Assembly (NCBI GenBank): GCA_964492875.1
Contig: CAZBLD010000004.1
Coordinates: forward strand, 57,165 to 121,164
Length of the DNA stretch: 64,000 nt
Reading direction: 5' to 3'
Origin: an uncultured Planctomycetaceae bacterium
GTDB taxonomy: Bacteria > Planctomycetota > Phycisphaerae > Sedimentisphaerales > UBA12454
Part shown: piece by piece, positions 48,350 to 57,428 of the stretch
Layout: every line of letters starts with the position of its first letter
Numbering within the stretch: position 1 is the stretch's first letter
Notes under the pieces: generated by a model
Told to the model about the DNA's origin: nothing
What the model saw: the letters and a program-made list of their open reading frames with translations, nothing else
Databases searched by the model: none
Position numbers and translations under genes: made by a program

Positions 48350-48913
48350 TTATTTGTTTGGTTCGCCCGCTGTGCTCGTGCCCTGTCGCGGCAGGTTCGT
48401 TTCAGCGAGGCTGATATCAGGAGTTTTGATTTGGCGGTTTTTTTCGGATTTTTCAACAGGCCAGAGGGGTTTGCGGTGAAGCTGGGTTACCTTTTTCGTA
48501 TGTCTGTCGTTTTCCATCTTTATGAGATTGTCGGCCTTTTCGATTGTGTCAGCGAGTCCTTCCTGCTCGGCGAGCTGGCGGATACGATTCAATATTGCGA
48601 TTCGCAGATTGTGTTTCCGATATTCCTCAGCAAGCTGAGTCTCGAATGCCTGATACCGGCCGGCGCGCCGCCTGACATTAGCCCTCCGTTGTTCTGCCGC
48701 AGGCCGGTTTATTTCTCCGGGCCGCTGATTTTTGATAAGCCTTTCACGAACGACTTGTAGCCGCTGAACCATATTAGGCTCGTTTGACTCGGGCAGCGGT
48801 GCTGTTACAGACGAAGATTGAGCCGGCCCCTGTGGGTCGTTGCCGGTGTCCCCTGCTGCTGCGATGAACAGGATGAAACAATTCAAAAACAAAAATGGAA
48901 GCGCCCTTTTCAT
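48350..48913 (-). CDS. Secreted hypothetical protein (Arg/Gln/Glu-rich, probably helical)
   Basis: N-terminal signal-like MKRALPFLFLNCFILFIAAAG. No recognisable domain. Confidence 0.5.
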   Translation of the reverse strand: MKRALPFLFLNCFILFIAAAGDTGNDPQGPAQSSSVTAPLPESNEPNMVQRLQVVRERLIKNQRPGEINRPAAEQRRANVRRRAGRYQAFETQLAEEYRKHNLRIAILNRIRQLAEQEGLADTIEKADNLIKMENDRHTKKVTQLHRKPLWPVEKSEKNRQIKTPDISLAETNLPRQGTSTAGEPNK

Positions 48914-49164
48914 TTCTTGTCTCCGGTTTATTCAAAGTCTTATTTTTTCTGTATTATTGTGCATTTCACCCGAATATGTCAATAACAAAAAGAATCAATG
49001 ACTAATACTATGTGCAAGTTTTAAACGGCAGCCGACTTTTTAAAGCTTAATAGCGTTAGATTTTGTTTTATACACTGTTGAAAAAGCCGGCCGGTTCTGG
49101 TAAACTCCCCGTCCCAGTTTTGTGTGTTTTTGTAAATGGACCCTTACCATAGGCAACGGAGCGG

Positions 49165-50478
49165 ATGGAAATAAAAGCCTTCAAAGCGTATCGTTATAAT
49201 CCTGATGTTGTCGGCGATGCCGGCAGGTGTATCGCGCCGCCTTATGACGTTATAAGCAGCGAGCAGCAGGAGCGACTCTATCGGCAGAGTCCGTATAATA
49301 TTGTCAGAATTATCAGGGGGAAAACAGAGGCGGGCGATAACGAAACGGAAAATCAGTACACCCGGGCGGCTGAATATCTGAATGACTGGCTGAAGAAGGG
49401 AGTTTTGGAGCAGGATGGCAAAGAGGCGATTTACGCATACGCTCAGGATTTTGAAGTTGGAGGAAAGAAGTACAGCCGAAGCGGATTTATCGCCCTTGGA
49501 AAGCTGGTTGAGTTCGGCTCAGGCGTTCGGCCTCACGAAAGCACGCTCGATGGTCCAAAGGCGGACAGGCTCAAACTTATGCAGGCAACGGCGGCACAGT
49601 TCGGCCAGATTTTTATGCTCTATGACGATGTGCAGAAAACGGCAGATAAAATTATTGAAAAAACGGCCGCAGCAAAAAAATCTGTGATTGATTTTACCGA
49701 TGAGGATAAGGTAAGACACCGAATGTTCATAGTAGATGACGCAGGAGATATTTCGGCGATAGCAGAGGCGATGAAAGACAAAGAAATACTGATTGCGGAC
49801 GGTCATCATAGATATGAGACTGCGCTTAACTATCGGCGCCAGACAGATAATCCTGCGGCACAATGGCAAATGATGACCTTTGTCAATATGCGAAATGAAG
49901 GCCTTGTGATTCTGCCGACACACAGACTCGTCGGCGGTGTCGCAGACTTTGATTTTAAAAAGTTGCTGGCCGGACTGGCGAAAGATTTTGAGTGCACCAA
50001 ATTTGGCATCTGGGCCAGGCTCAACAAAGCCGGTGCGAAGGGGAAAATGTTTGAAAAGATGCGTTCGGGATTTGACACCGGCCGGACCTGTTTCGGACTT
50101 TATGCCGCTGATGGAGCCTTTTATGCAATTGAGCTGAAGAACTATGCGGTGATGGATAAAATTGCCGGGCAGTTCGGCGACACTTTGCGAAAACTCGATG
50201 TTACAGTACTGCACAAGCTGATTCTGGAAAGGATTCTGGGTATCGGTGAGCGGCAGCTTGCAGGCGAGACAAATATCGAGTATATAAAGGATTTCGGCAG
50301 TGCCGTTGACGAGGCAGTAACAGCAGTCGATAAGGCACAAAAACAGGCTGTTTTCTTTATGAATCCAATACGCGCCGAGCAGATAAAACAGGTTGCGACA
50401 GCGAATGAAAAAATGCCGCAGAAATCGACGTTCTTTTTCCCGAAGATTTTTTCGGGACTAACAATAAATAAACTTTAA
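49165..50478 (+). CDS. DUF1015 family protein
   Basis: Start MEIKAFKAYRYNPDVVGD...IAPPYDVIS and ADGHHRYETAL are hallmark DUF1015 motifs. Confidence 0.8.
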   Translation: MEIKAFKAYRYNPDVVGDAGRCIAPPYDVISSEQQERLYRQSPYNIVRIIRGKTEAGDNETENQYTRAAEYLNDWLKKGVLEQDGKEAIYAYAQDFEVGGKKYSRSGFIALGKLVEFGSGVRPHESTLDGPKADRLKLMQATAAQFGQIFMLYDDVQKTADKIIEKTAAAKKSVIDFTDEDKVRHRMFIVDDAGDISAIAEAMKDKEILIADGHHRYETALNYRRQTDNPAAQWQMMTFVNMRNEGLVILPTHRLVGGVADFDFKKLLAGLAKDFECTKFGIWARLNKAGAKGKMFEKMRSGFDTGRTCFGLYAADGAFYAIELKNYAVMDKIAGQFGDTLRKLDVTVLHKLILERILGIGERQLAGETNIEYIKDFGSAVDEAVTAVDKAQKQAVFFMNPIRAEQIKQVATANEKMPQKSTFFFPKIFSGLTINKL

Positions 50479-50497
50479 TAATTCTGGAGAAACAAAG

Positions 50498-51586
50498 ATG
50501 GTTGACTGGAAGAGTCCGCCGAGATTGTTTATACCCGGGCCTGTGCATGTCCTGCCTGAGGTGCTACAGCAGTTAAGCAGATATACCCTCGGCCACAGAA
50601 GCAAGGAGTATTCGCAGCTACACAAAGAGACAACAGATATGCTCAAAAAGATTCTTTTTACCGAACAATATGTGTTTATCAGCACATCGAGTGCATCGGG
50701 CATCTGGGAAGGAAGCATTCGCAACTGCGTTGACCACGACGAAACAGTGCTGTGCACAATGTGCGGCGCGTTCAGCGATAAATGGGCTGACGTTGCCAGA
50801 AGCTGCGGCAGAAAGGTTGAGGAACTCAAGGTCGACTGGGGCAAGGCGACAACGCCCCAGATGATTGATAAGAAACTTGCCGAAGGAAAGTATGCGGCGA
50901 TAACACTGATGTATAATGAAACCAGCACGGGACTGATGAATCCTGTTTATGAAATCGCAGATATGATGAAGAAAAAACACCCTGATGTGCTGGTACTTGT
51001 CGATGCGGTAAGCGCGATGGTCGGCCTGCCTATGCATTTTGACCAGCTTGGGTGGGATGTAGCGTTCGCTTCAGTTCAAAAGGCCTTTGCGATTCCGCCG
51101 GGATTGACCGTCTTTGCAGTGAGCAAACGAGCTATAGAGAAGAGCAAGAAGGTTAGCGGCCGCGGGTATTATTTTGATTTTCAGGGGTTCGCAAAGAGCA
51201 ACGAAAAAGACCAGACACCTGCTACCCCTGCCGTTCCGCACATTATGGCATTGAATTATCAGTGCCACAGGCTCGTTAAGGAAGGTATGGAAAACGTCTG
51301 GAAGAGACATAAACAGATGGGTGATTTTGTCAGAGGCTGGGCAAAAGAGAGGTTCGAGCTGTTCTGCGAAGAAAGATATGCGTCAAACACACTGACCACA
51401 GTTAAGAATACTCGCGGCATTGCTGTCGGCGATGTTATTAAAGCTGTTCAGGCAAAGCATAACACAGTTTTTGGCAATGGCTACGGCAAGCTCAAAGACC
51501 AGACGTTCAGAATCGCACATATGGGCGACATTACGCTGAAAGACCTCAAGGAGCTTGTCGGGTGGATTGACGACGAGTTAAAGTAA
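50498..51586 (+). CDS. Class V PLP-dependent aminotransferase (serine-pyruvate / phosphoserine aminotransferase-like)
   Basis: FIPGPV start. SVQKAFAIPPGL contains the PLP-lysine context of this class. Commonly paired with DUF1015. Confidence 0.75.
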   Translation: MVDWKSPPRLFIPGPVHVLPEVLQQLSRYTLGHRSKEYSQLHKETTDMLKKILFTEQYVFISTSSASGIWEGSIRNCVDHDETVLCTMCGAFSDKWADVARSCGRKVEELKVDWGKATTPQMIDKKLAEGKYAAITLMYNETSTGLMNPVYEIADMMKKKHPDVLVLVDAVSAMVGLPMHFDQLGWDVAFASVQKAFAIPPGLTVFAVSKRAIEKSKKVSGRGYYFDFQGFAKSNEKDQTPATPAVPHIMALNYQCHRLVKEGMENVWKRHKQMGDFVRGWAKERFELFCEERYASNTLTTVKNTRGIAVGDVIKAVQAKHNTVFGNGYGKLKDQTFRIAHMGDITLKDLKELVGWIDDELK

Positions 51587-51606
51587 ACCCCCCTTCTCCA
51601 AAACCT

Positions 51607-51636
51607 AAAAAGGCCGGGATTAACCGGCCTTTTTTA
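51607..51636 (+). terminator. Rho-independent terminator after the aminotransferase gene
   Basis: AAAAAGGCCGG-GATTAA-CCGGCCTTTTTT: a perfect GC stem flanked by A- and T-runs. Confidence 0.8.
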
Positions 51637-51639
51637 CTT

Positions 51640-51802
51640 GTACTGCCATACGGTTGGCACTGGCCGCGGATAATTGTAGATAGGATTTCTACGTATGGTG
51701 GTATTTTAAGTGGATACTTTTTGCGGTCGCCTCCGGCAGGGGTGCCCATAGTGGGCAGCGGCGCTGTGACCGCGTCCAACCCGGCCGGAAGCGACCTTTT
51801 TA
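51640..51802 (+). ncRNA. Candidate structured small RNA with its own terminator (unassigned)
   Basis: Hairpin 51645-51699 (GCCATACG...CGTATGGT). Long stem GGTCGCCTCCGG (51725-36) / CCGGAAGCGACC (51785-96) followed by TTTTT. Competing stem GCGGTC (51723-28) / GACCGC (51768-73). Inner TGCCCA-TAG-TGGGCA hairpin. No + strand CDS lies downstream. Confidence 0.3.
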
Positions 51803-51855
51803 TCGGCCGTTGTTCTGGATACCGAAGGAAGCTATCCGTGCTGAAGTTTAACTGG

Positions 51856-51984
51856 TTATTTTTGCTTCTCGGCTATTTTTGATACTGATGCTGCGATTGA
51901 CTCAAAGGCTTTCATTATACGCCAGCCGATAACGATGGTTAGAACCACCCCCGCGAGTCCAATGAGTGTAGAAATTACTGCCAT
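51856..51984 (-). CDS. Small membrane protein (42 aa), hypothetical
   Basis: Below the ORF-track cutoff. My translation: MAVISTLIGLAGVVLTIVIGWRIMKAFESIAASVSKIAEKQK. One TM helix and a GGGAG-like RBS upstream. Confidence 0.35.
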   Translation of the reverse strand: MAVISTLIGLAGVVLTIVIGWRIMKAFESIAASVSKIAEKQK

Positions 51985-52088
51985 AACCAAATCTCCCTTA
52001 AAATATTTTATCAGGTACGGAATTTATTTTCCAAAACCGCAAGGCCGCTTTCGTTGCTCAGCTTTACGCAAATGATTTTAGAAAGCAA

Positions 52089-52367
52089 TCAGTCGAAATT
52101 ATAGTGTTTTTTCACCGGCTCAGAGACCTGCCAGGTACACTTAAGGCCGTTAGGGAAAATTATAAGGTCGCCCGGGCCGAATGACACTGTCCCGCTGCCG
52201 GGCCGGTCCTTTACCGTTACCCTGCCCTGCAGAATAAGACAGGTCTCAGTCTGCGTATAATCCCAGTCGAATGTGCTTTTTTCACAAGTCCAAATAGGCC
52301 AGTTTTTACATTCCTTTACTTCCTCTTTGGTCGGTTTTCTGACGATAACGTCTTTAACAGTAGGCAT
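52089..52367 (-). CDS. Small cupin-domain protein (DUF861/EutQ-like)
   Basis: 92 aa. WPIWTCEKSTFDWDYTQTETCLILQGRVTV...GDLIIFPNGLKCTWQV is the typical single-cupin pattern. Confidence 0.75.
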   Translation of the reverse strand: MPTVKDVIVRKPTKEEVKECKNWPIWTCEKSTFDWDYTQTETCLILQGRVTVKDRPGSGTVSFGPGDLIIFPNGLKCTWQVSEPVKKHYNFD

Positions 52368-52452
52368 TTGAAACTCCTTGTCTTTATTTTTAATTTTTCA
52401 ACTCGGCATAGTTTAGGCAAATCGAGCCATAAGTGCAAGATTTTTTGAGTTA

Positions 52453-52557
52453 ATCCCGCACCTATTTGCGTTGTGGCAACGAATAGAAAATTTGGTAATA
52501 TTTTTATTTTCAAGGTGTTCAGCCTTTCCTGCGTAGTTGTGCAAATAGGTGCGGGAT
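52453..52557. repeat. TCCCGCACCTA inverted-repeat pair, copy B (17-bp perfect arms, 71-nt spacer)
   Basis: ATCCCGCACCTATTTGC at 52453-52469 and GCAAATAGGTGCGGGAT at 52541-52557, in the divergent cupin / HD-protein intergenic region. Confidence 0.7.
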
Positions 52558-52619
52558 AAAACTATGGAGTTAAAGGCCTTGTTGCGGTAGATTAACGGCT
52601 TTATTAAAACAAGGGAATT

Positions 52620-53411
52620 ATGACGCGAGAACAGTTCGAACAATTAAAAAAATGGTTCTATGATTATGCGGCGGGCTTTTACGGCGATGATGAGCTGACG
52701 AACGACAACATCAGGCTCAAGGAAGACCATACCCGCAGGGTATGTGCCGATATTCTGCTGATAGCTGACCAGCTCGGTCTAGACGATGAGCGGAAGATGC
52801 TCGCAGAAACGGCAGCGCTGTTTCATGACGTCGGCAGATTTGAGCAGTTTATGAAGTATAAATCCTATAATGATGTCGGGACCGAAGACCATAGTCTGCT
52901 CGGCCTGAAGGTTCTTGCCGAAAATAAGGTGCTCGATTGTCTTTCGCAGCGGGAAAGAGAAATTATAGAGGAGGCAATCAGGCTTCACGGCGAAAAAGAA
53001 CTGGCCTGTAATCTTGATGAGCAAACAAAGTTTATTGCAAAGCTGGTTCGCGATGCCGACAAGCTCGACATCTATTACGTAATGATTAACTGGCTTGGCG
53101 ATTTGCAAAAAAATCCTGGCAAGTATCTTGGAACTATGGGCTTTTCTGCAGAAAATAAGTATTCAAAACATATTATTCAGGCCGTACTCAATAACAGGAC
53201 AATAGATTACAAGGACTTCAAGACGCTCAATGATATGGTAATTGCACAGTTAGGCTGGGTAGCAGATGTGAATTTTGTGCCGACACTTAAAGAGATAAAA
53301 AAACGGGGACTTCTTGAGCAAATGACGACATTTCTGCCTGATACGGAGGACATTAGAAAAGTTATACGGCATTCGCGGCAGCAGCTTGAGGTGCGAATAA
53401 GTCAAGGTTAG
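52620..53411 (+). CDS. HD-domain phosphohydrolase
   Basis: H...LFHDVGR (HD motif) and a later DADKLD. Confidence 0.7.
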   Translation: MTREQFEQLKKWFYDYAAGFYGDDELTNDNIRLKEDHTRRVCADILLIADQLGLDDERKMLAETAALFHDVGRFEQFMKYKSYNDVGTEDHSLLGLKVLAENKVLDCLSQREREIIEEAIRLHGEKELACNLDEQTKFIAKLVRDADKLDIYYVMINWLGDLQKNPGKYLGTMGFSAENKYSKHIIQAVLNNRTIDYKDFKTLNDMVIAQLGWVADVNFVPTLKEIKKRGLLEQMTTFLPDTEDIRKVIRHSRQQLEVRISQG

Positions 53412-54469
53412 GCGAAGGGGGATTTTTCTTTTTCGGATATTTCGAAAAATTTTCGGGGCGATTCGGGCATACCGGTTTTAGCGCTTAAATAGGCTGTCTC
53501 GATAAGTGACATTGTCGCAAGGTCGAGTCTGAGATTGTTTCGCAGCTTATATTTGTCCGGCTCAAGCAGTGCCCTGCCTGCATCAATAAACATCTCGGTT
53601 ATACATTTTTCAGGCCTGAGTGGATATTTATGCTCAGCGACTATTGAGCCGCTTCTGTCTGTGACGGTGAGTCTATTTGGCGTTGCGGCGATATTATTTT
53701 CTGCTCCACAGATTCTCACCGGCACTGTGATAGTGGTGCCGGATAGATGAGCAGCAAGAAAGGTGCCAATAAGACCGTCGCTGAAAGCAAGCGATGCGGT
53801 TACGGTATCTTCGCCGAGATACTGTTTTGCCTTCTTGTCGGGGTTTTGGTTCGTTATTAGAGCGTAAACCTGCTGCGGCAGAGAGAAGCTTTCAATGATA
53901 AGGCTGAGCAGTTCAAAACAATCGTTGAGCAGGACTCCCCCGCCGGCAAGTTTCATATCGGCCTGCGCATCAGAGACAATGGGCTGAAAAAAATCGCTGC
54001 CGGTCGATGCACAGATATTGATAAAATAAAGCTGCCGTCGGTCAACGGTTTTTAGGTGGTCGCTTAGCCTCTCAAAACCCGGCGCAAATCTTGCGGGACA
54101 GGCGGTAATGTATTTTACATTATTTTTCTCGGCAAGATTTGTAAGTTCGGCAGCCTGCTCGAAATTTGCCGCTGTTGGGATTAGCTTGAGGATGTGACAT
54201 TTTTTGTTTAGCGCGACTCTGACGAATTCAGTGCACCTGTAAAGCGGTTCTGCAACTATAAGAATGTCGATATCGTTTTGCAGGATGAACTGTCTGTAAT
54301 CGTCAAAGGCCGTGCAGTTATATTTCTGTGCGGTCTGCTGAGCGACAGCCAAGCCGCTGTCGGAAACCGAAACAATTTCGTAAAGACCGGTCGAAGACGC
54401 CAAATCAAGAAGCTGCGGTGCCCTTCTGCCCAGTCCCAAACAAGCGGTTTTGAGTTTGCCGATACTCAT
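53408..54469 (-). CDS. Gfo/Idh/MocA-family oxidoreductase
   Basis: N-terminal Rossmann start KTACLGLGRRAPQ plus the usual C-terminal alpha/beta domain length (353 aa). Confidence 0.65.
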   Translation of the reverse strand: MSIGKLKTACLGLGRRAPQLLDLASSTGLYEIVSVSDSGLAVAQQTAQKYNCTAFDDYRQFILQNDIDILIVAEPLYRCTEFVRVALNKKCHILKLIPTAANFEQAAELTNLAEKNNVKYITACPARFAPGFERLSDHLKTVDRRQLYFINICASTGSDFFQPIVSDAQADMKLAGGGVLLNDCFELLSLIIESFSLPQQVYALITNQNPDKKAKQYLGEDTVTASLAFSDGLIGTFLAAHLSGTTITVPVRICGAENNIAATPNRLTVTDRSGSIVAEHKYPLRPEKCITEMFIDAGRALLEPDKYKLRNNLRLDLATMSLIETAYLSAKTGMPESPRKFFEISEKEKSPFA

Positions 54470-54500
54470 TTGTCAGCCTCTGCCTGTGAGGCGGTCGAGT

Positions 54501-55769
54501 TTAGAGCGAATTTTTCGCGGGTATTATAAAATGTTCCGGCACAGGAAATTGCGAACACAAAAGCAGCGATTCTCTGCCAACCTGCGCGATAGCTTCTTCG
54601 TTGTCGATATTTTCGGCGACTCTGCTTATAAGCGAAGCGATGATTTTCATCTGTTCTTCTTTCATACCTCTTGTCGTAACCGCAGGCGTGCCGATGCGAA
54701 GGCCGTTCGGATTGAGCGGTTTTGCAGGGTCGCCCGGAATGGTATTGTAATTTGTTTCAATTCGTGCCCTGTCGAGAGCCTTTGCGAGTTTCTTGCCGGG
54801 GATGCCCTTGTTACGAAGGTCTATTAGAATAAGATGGTTGTCTGTGCCGCCGCTGAATAGCTTGAACCCTTTTTCCATAAGGGATTCGGCAAGAACTTTT
54901 GCGTTTTTGACAATCTGTTTTGAGTAAGTGACAAACTCCGGCGTATCAGCTTCCTTGAGTGCAACGGCAAGAGCGCTTATAGTGTGCATATGCGGGCCGC
55001 CCTGCAGACCGGGGAATACTGCCCTGTCGATTGCCTCGGCAAGCGAAGCATTGCACAGAAGCATTCCGCCTCGCGGACCGCGCAGAGTCTTGTGTGTTGT
55101 TGTCGAGATAACATCGGCATATGGAACAGGACTTTGATGCAAACCTGCCACGACAAGGCCACTGATGTGCGCGATATCGCTCAGATGATAGGCGCCGACT
55201 CTTTTTGCAATTTCGCCGAATGTTTTAAAATCTATTTTTCGCGGGTAAGCACTTGCGCCGGTGATGATGATTTTCGGCCTGTGTTTTTTTGCAAGCTCTT
55301 CAATCTTGTTAAAGTCAAACAGTCCTGTCTCGGGGTCAACTTCGTAACTGACCGAATTGAAAATTTTACTGGTAAAACTTACCTTCCAGCCGTGGCTTAA
55401 ATGCCCGCCGTGCGGAAGCGCGAGGCCCATAATCGTTTCACCTGGCGCAGCAAGAGCGCTATATGCAGCAAGATTGGCAACGGCGCCAGAATGAGACTGC
55501 ACGTTTGCATGGTCGGCCTTGAAAAGCTTCTTCGCCCTTTCGATGGCGATTGCTTCAACAAGGTCGGTTACCTGCTGACCTTCATAATAGCGTTTGCCGG
55601 GATAGCCTTCGGAGTATTTGTTGGTCAGGCAGCTTCCGGTTGCAGCCATAACTGCTTTGGAGACATAGTTTTCCGATGGAATAAGGCGGATGCAGGCGCT
55701 TTGGCGAGCGGCCTCTTGCCGCAAAAGCTCATACATTTGTGGGTCATACTGCTCAAGTGCGGTAATCAT
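54501..55769 (-). CDS. glyA: Serine hydroxymethyltransferase
   Basis: LIPSENYVSKAVMAATGSCLTNKYSEGYPGKRYY and TTTHKTLRGPRGG (PLP lysine). I prefer the ATG at 55769, preceded by AAGGAG; the longest ORF reaches 55814. Confidence 0.95.
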   Translation of the reverse strand: MITALEQYDPQMYELLRQEAARQSACIRLIPSENYVSKAVMAATGSCLTNKYSEGYPGKRYYEGQQVTDLVEAIAIERAKKLFKADHANVQSHSGAVANLAAYSALAAPGETIMGLALPHGGHLSHGWKVSFTSKIFNSVSYEVDPETGLFDFNKIEELAKKHRPKIIITGASAYPRKIDFKTFGEIAKRVGAYHLSDIAHISGLVVAGLHQSPVPYADVISTTTHKTLRGPRGGMLLCNASLAEAIDRAVFPGLQGGPHMHTISALAVALKEADTPEFVTYSKQIVKNAKVLAESLMEKGFKLFSGGTDNHLILIDLRNKGIPGKKLAKALDRARIETNYNTIPGDPAKPLNPNGLRIGTPAVTTRGMKEEQMKIIASLISRVAENIDNEEAIAQVGRESLLLCSQFPVPEHFIIPAKNSL

Positions 55770-55968
55770 ATCTTGCTCCTTTAGACAAAATTTTTTCTGC
55801 GAGAAGTTTATCAAAACAAACGCAGGTAGTCTAATAATTTTTGCTTAGCCCCCCTGCCGTAAAAGAAATCGAGCGTGTTTGTTATTCAGATAACAAAATC
55901 AAAAATGGCACAGAACATAGTAGACAACAGAAAAGCTTTATAGGTAAAATCCATCTTCCGCGAAGGAA

Positions 55969-56040
55969 TACTAACAGCCAGCGACTATTGGCTAACGGCC
56001 AGCGATGGACTATTGACTAACGACCAATGATTATTAACCA
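55969..56040. repeat. Degenerate tandem CTAAC-N-CCA repeats (3-4 units, 21-25 nt period)
   Basis: ACTAACAGCCAGCGACT / ATTGGCTAACGGCCAGCGATGGACT / ATTGACTAACGACCAATGATT / ATTAACCATTGAG. CTAAC occurs at 55971, 55992 and 56017. The block sits directly upstream of parS-1. Confidence 0.55.
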
Positions 56041-56045
56041 TTGAG

Positions 56046-56061
56046 TGTTCCACGTGGAACA
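56046..56061. promoter_or_regulatory. parS: parS site 1 (TGTTCCACGTGGAACA)
   Basis: Perfect 16-bp palindrome matching the bacterial parS consensus tGTTNCACGTGAAACa at all but 1-2 positions. Lies about 200 nt upstream of parB. Confidence 0.85.
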
Positions 56062-56146
56062 ACCACTTTGTCGGTCAGGAGATTCTGTTAAAACTCCCCT
56101 GTCGAGGGTAAAAAAACTTTTGTATCGAGGAAATTACTTGTATCAG

Positions 56147-56162
56147 TGTTTCACGTGGAACA
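56147..56162. promoter_or_regulatory. parS: parS site 2 (TGTTTCACGTGGAACA)
   Basis: Second parS-like palindrome, 101 bp from the first. Both are preceded by AGTG. Confidence 0.85.
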
Positions 56163-56262
56163 ATTAAAGTTTTTTATGCTGGAAAACCGAAAACGAATCT
56201 GTTAGAACTACGACAATCAGTTTTACAAGGATGAACAAGTCTAAGAGAAAAGGAGGCGTAAA

Positions 56263-57204
56263 ATGACGGCATCCAAAAAAGAAAAACCAAAACATCTCGG
56301 CAGGGGACTGGAATCTTTAATAGGTCCGATAATGAATATGGGACAAGAAAACTCCGATACTGCTTTGGCTGACATTGCCGTTAACTTCCCTATTGACAAG
56401 GACTTACAGAAGAATCTTGCGGAATTAAATCTTTATGATATAGACCCTAACCCATATCAGCCGAGGCAAAACTGGAATGAAGAGCAGCTGCGAGAGCTTG
56501 CTAATTCCATCAAGGAGAATGGCATAATCCAACCAATAATAGTCAGGCGGAAGGGCAGTAGATTCGAGATTGTAGCTGGGGAGAGGCGATTGCGGGCTGC
56601 TGAAATGGCAGGAATTGACAGGATACCTGCAATGGTCAGGGCGACAGAAGATTCCGAAATGCTGGCCCTTGCTCTGGTGGAGAATATTCATCGAGCCGAT
56701 TTGAACCCGATTGAAAGGGCAAAGGCATATAAGAATTTTATGGAGACTTTCGGCCTGACACAGGAACAAGCTGCACAAAAGTTGGGCCAGGACCGCTCGG
56801 TTGTTGCAAATTATATTCGTCTGCTTAACCTGCCAGCTGAGGTAAAGCAGATGCTTATTGACGGCTCTTTAGATATGGGACACGCAAGGGCGATACTTGC
56901 TCTGCCAACAGATGATTTAAGGAAGAGACTTGCCAATCGCGCACTGGCAGGGCGATTGAGTGTTCGTGAAGTGGAAAGACTCGTAAGACTTGCGCTGACG
57001 GAAAAGGACGGAACGGCACAAAAATCACAAGTTGAAAAACCCGCTCACATAAGAGACCTTGAAGAAAAAATCAGGAGCAGGCTCGGCACAATGGTAAAAA
57101 TTCAGGCTCGCAAAAACGGCCAGCGGGGCAGAATAATTATAGAGTTTTATTCGCTCGATGAGTTTGACAGCATCGCAGAAAAGCTCGGCGTTTCGTCGGA
57201 ATAG
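56263..57204 (+). CDS. parB: Chromosome partitioning protein ParB
   Basis: NPYQPRQ, IIQPIIVRR, and IVAGERRLRAAEMAG (the GERRxRA CTP/ParB box), followed by an HTH. AAGGAGG RBS. Confidence 0.93.
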   Translation: MTASKKEKPKHLGRGLESLIGPIMNMGQENSDTALADIAVNFPIDKDLQKNLAELNLYDIDPNPYQPRQNWNEEQLRELANSIKENGIIQPIIVRRKGSRFEIVAGERRLRAAEMAGIDRIPAMVRATEDSEMLALALVENIHRADLNPIERAKAYKNFMETFGLTQEQAAQKLGQDRSVVANYIRLLNLPAEVKQMLIDGSLDMGHARAILALPTDDLRKRLANRALAGRLSVREVERLVRLALTEKDGTAQKSQVEKPAHIRDLEEKIRSRLGTMVKIQARKNGQRGRIIIEFYSLDEFDSIAEKLGVSSE

Positions 57205-57252
57205 GAAGTTAAAAGGAAGTAAAGAAGTAAGGATGTAAGGAAATAATTTCAT

Positions 57253-57284
57253 AAAGGCTGATTTGAAAAAGTCGGCCTTTTTTG
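57253..57284 (+). terminator. Paralogous terminator cassette 1 (AAAGGCTGATTTGAAAAAGTCGGCCTTTTTT)
   Basis: Stem GGCTGA/TCGGCC with one G-U pair and a T6 tail, after parB. Confidence 0.75.
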
Positions 57285-57334
57285 TTGGTTTTGGGGGCAA
57301 AAATAGGGAATTTTAAAAATATTTCAAAATTGTC

Positions 57335-57381
57335 TTGCATACCTTACAGTGTATAGTATAATACTTTATGCTGTAAGGTAT
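57335..57381 (+). promoter_or_regulatory. Promoter (TTGCAT-16-TATAAT) overlapped by an 11-bp perfect inverted repeat; probable PadR operator
   Basis: TTGCAT at 57335-40 and TATAAT at 57357-62. ATACCTTACAG (57339-49) and CTGTAAGGTAT (57371-81) bracket the -10. Confidence 0.55.
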
Positions 57382-57428
57382 TTTTGAGAAAGTATCGTTG
57401 TTTTTATTTAAAAATCAGAGATTTAGCT

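Noticed and set aside
51815-51840. GGATACCGAAGGAAGCTATCC hairpin resembling the SRP RNA helix-8 CCGGAAGGAAGC motif.
   Set aside because: The match is one base short of the GGAA tetraloop arrangement. It lacks the conserved 5' GGUCAGGUCC side and the symmetric loop, and there is no extended helix 5. It is not supported as ffs.
55969-56262. Possibility that the tandem repeats plus palindromes constitute a CRISPR-like or iteron-plasmid origin.
   Set aside because: The repeat units are degenerate, contiguous (no spacers) and only 3-4 in number. The palindromes are canonical chromosomal parS. There is no rep or cas gene nearby.
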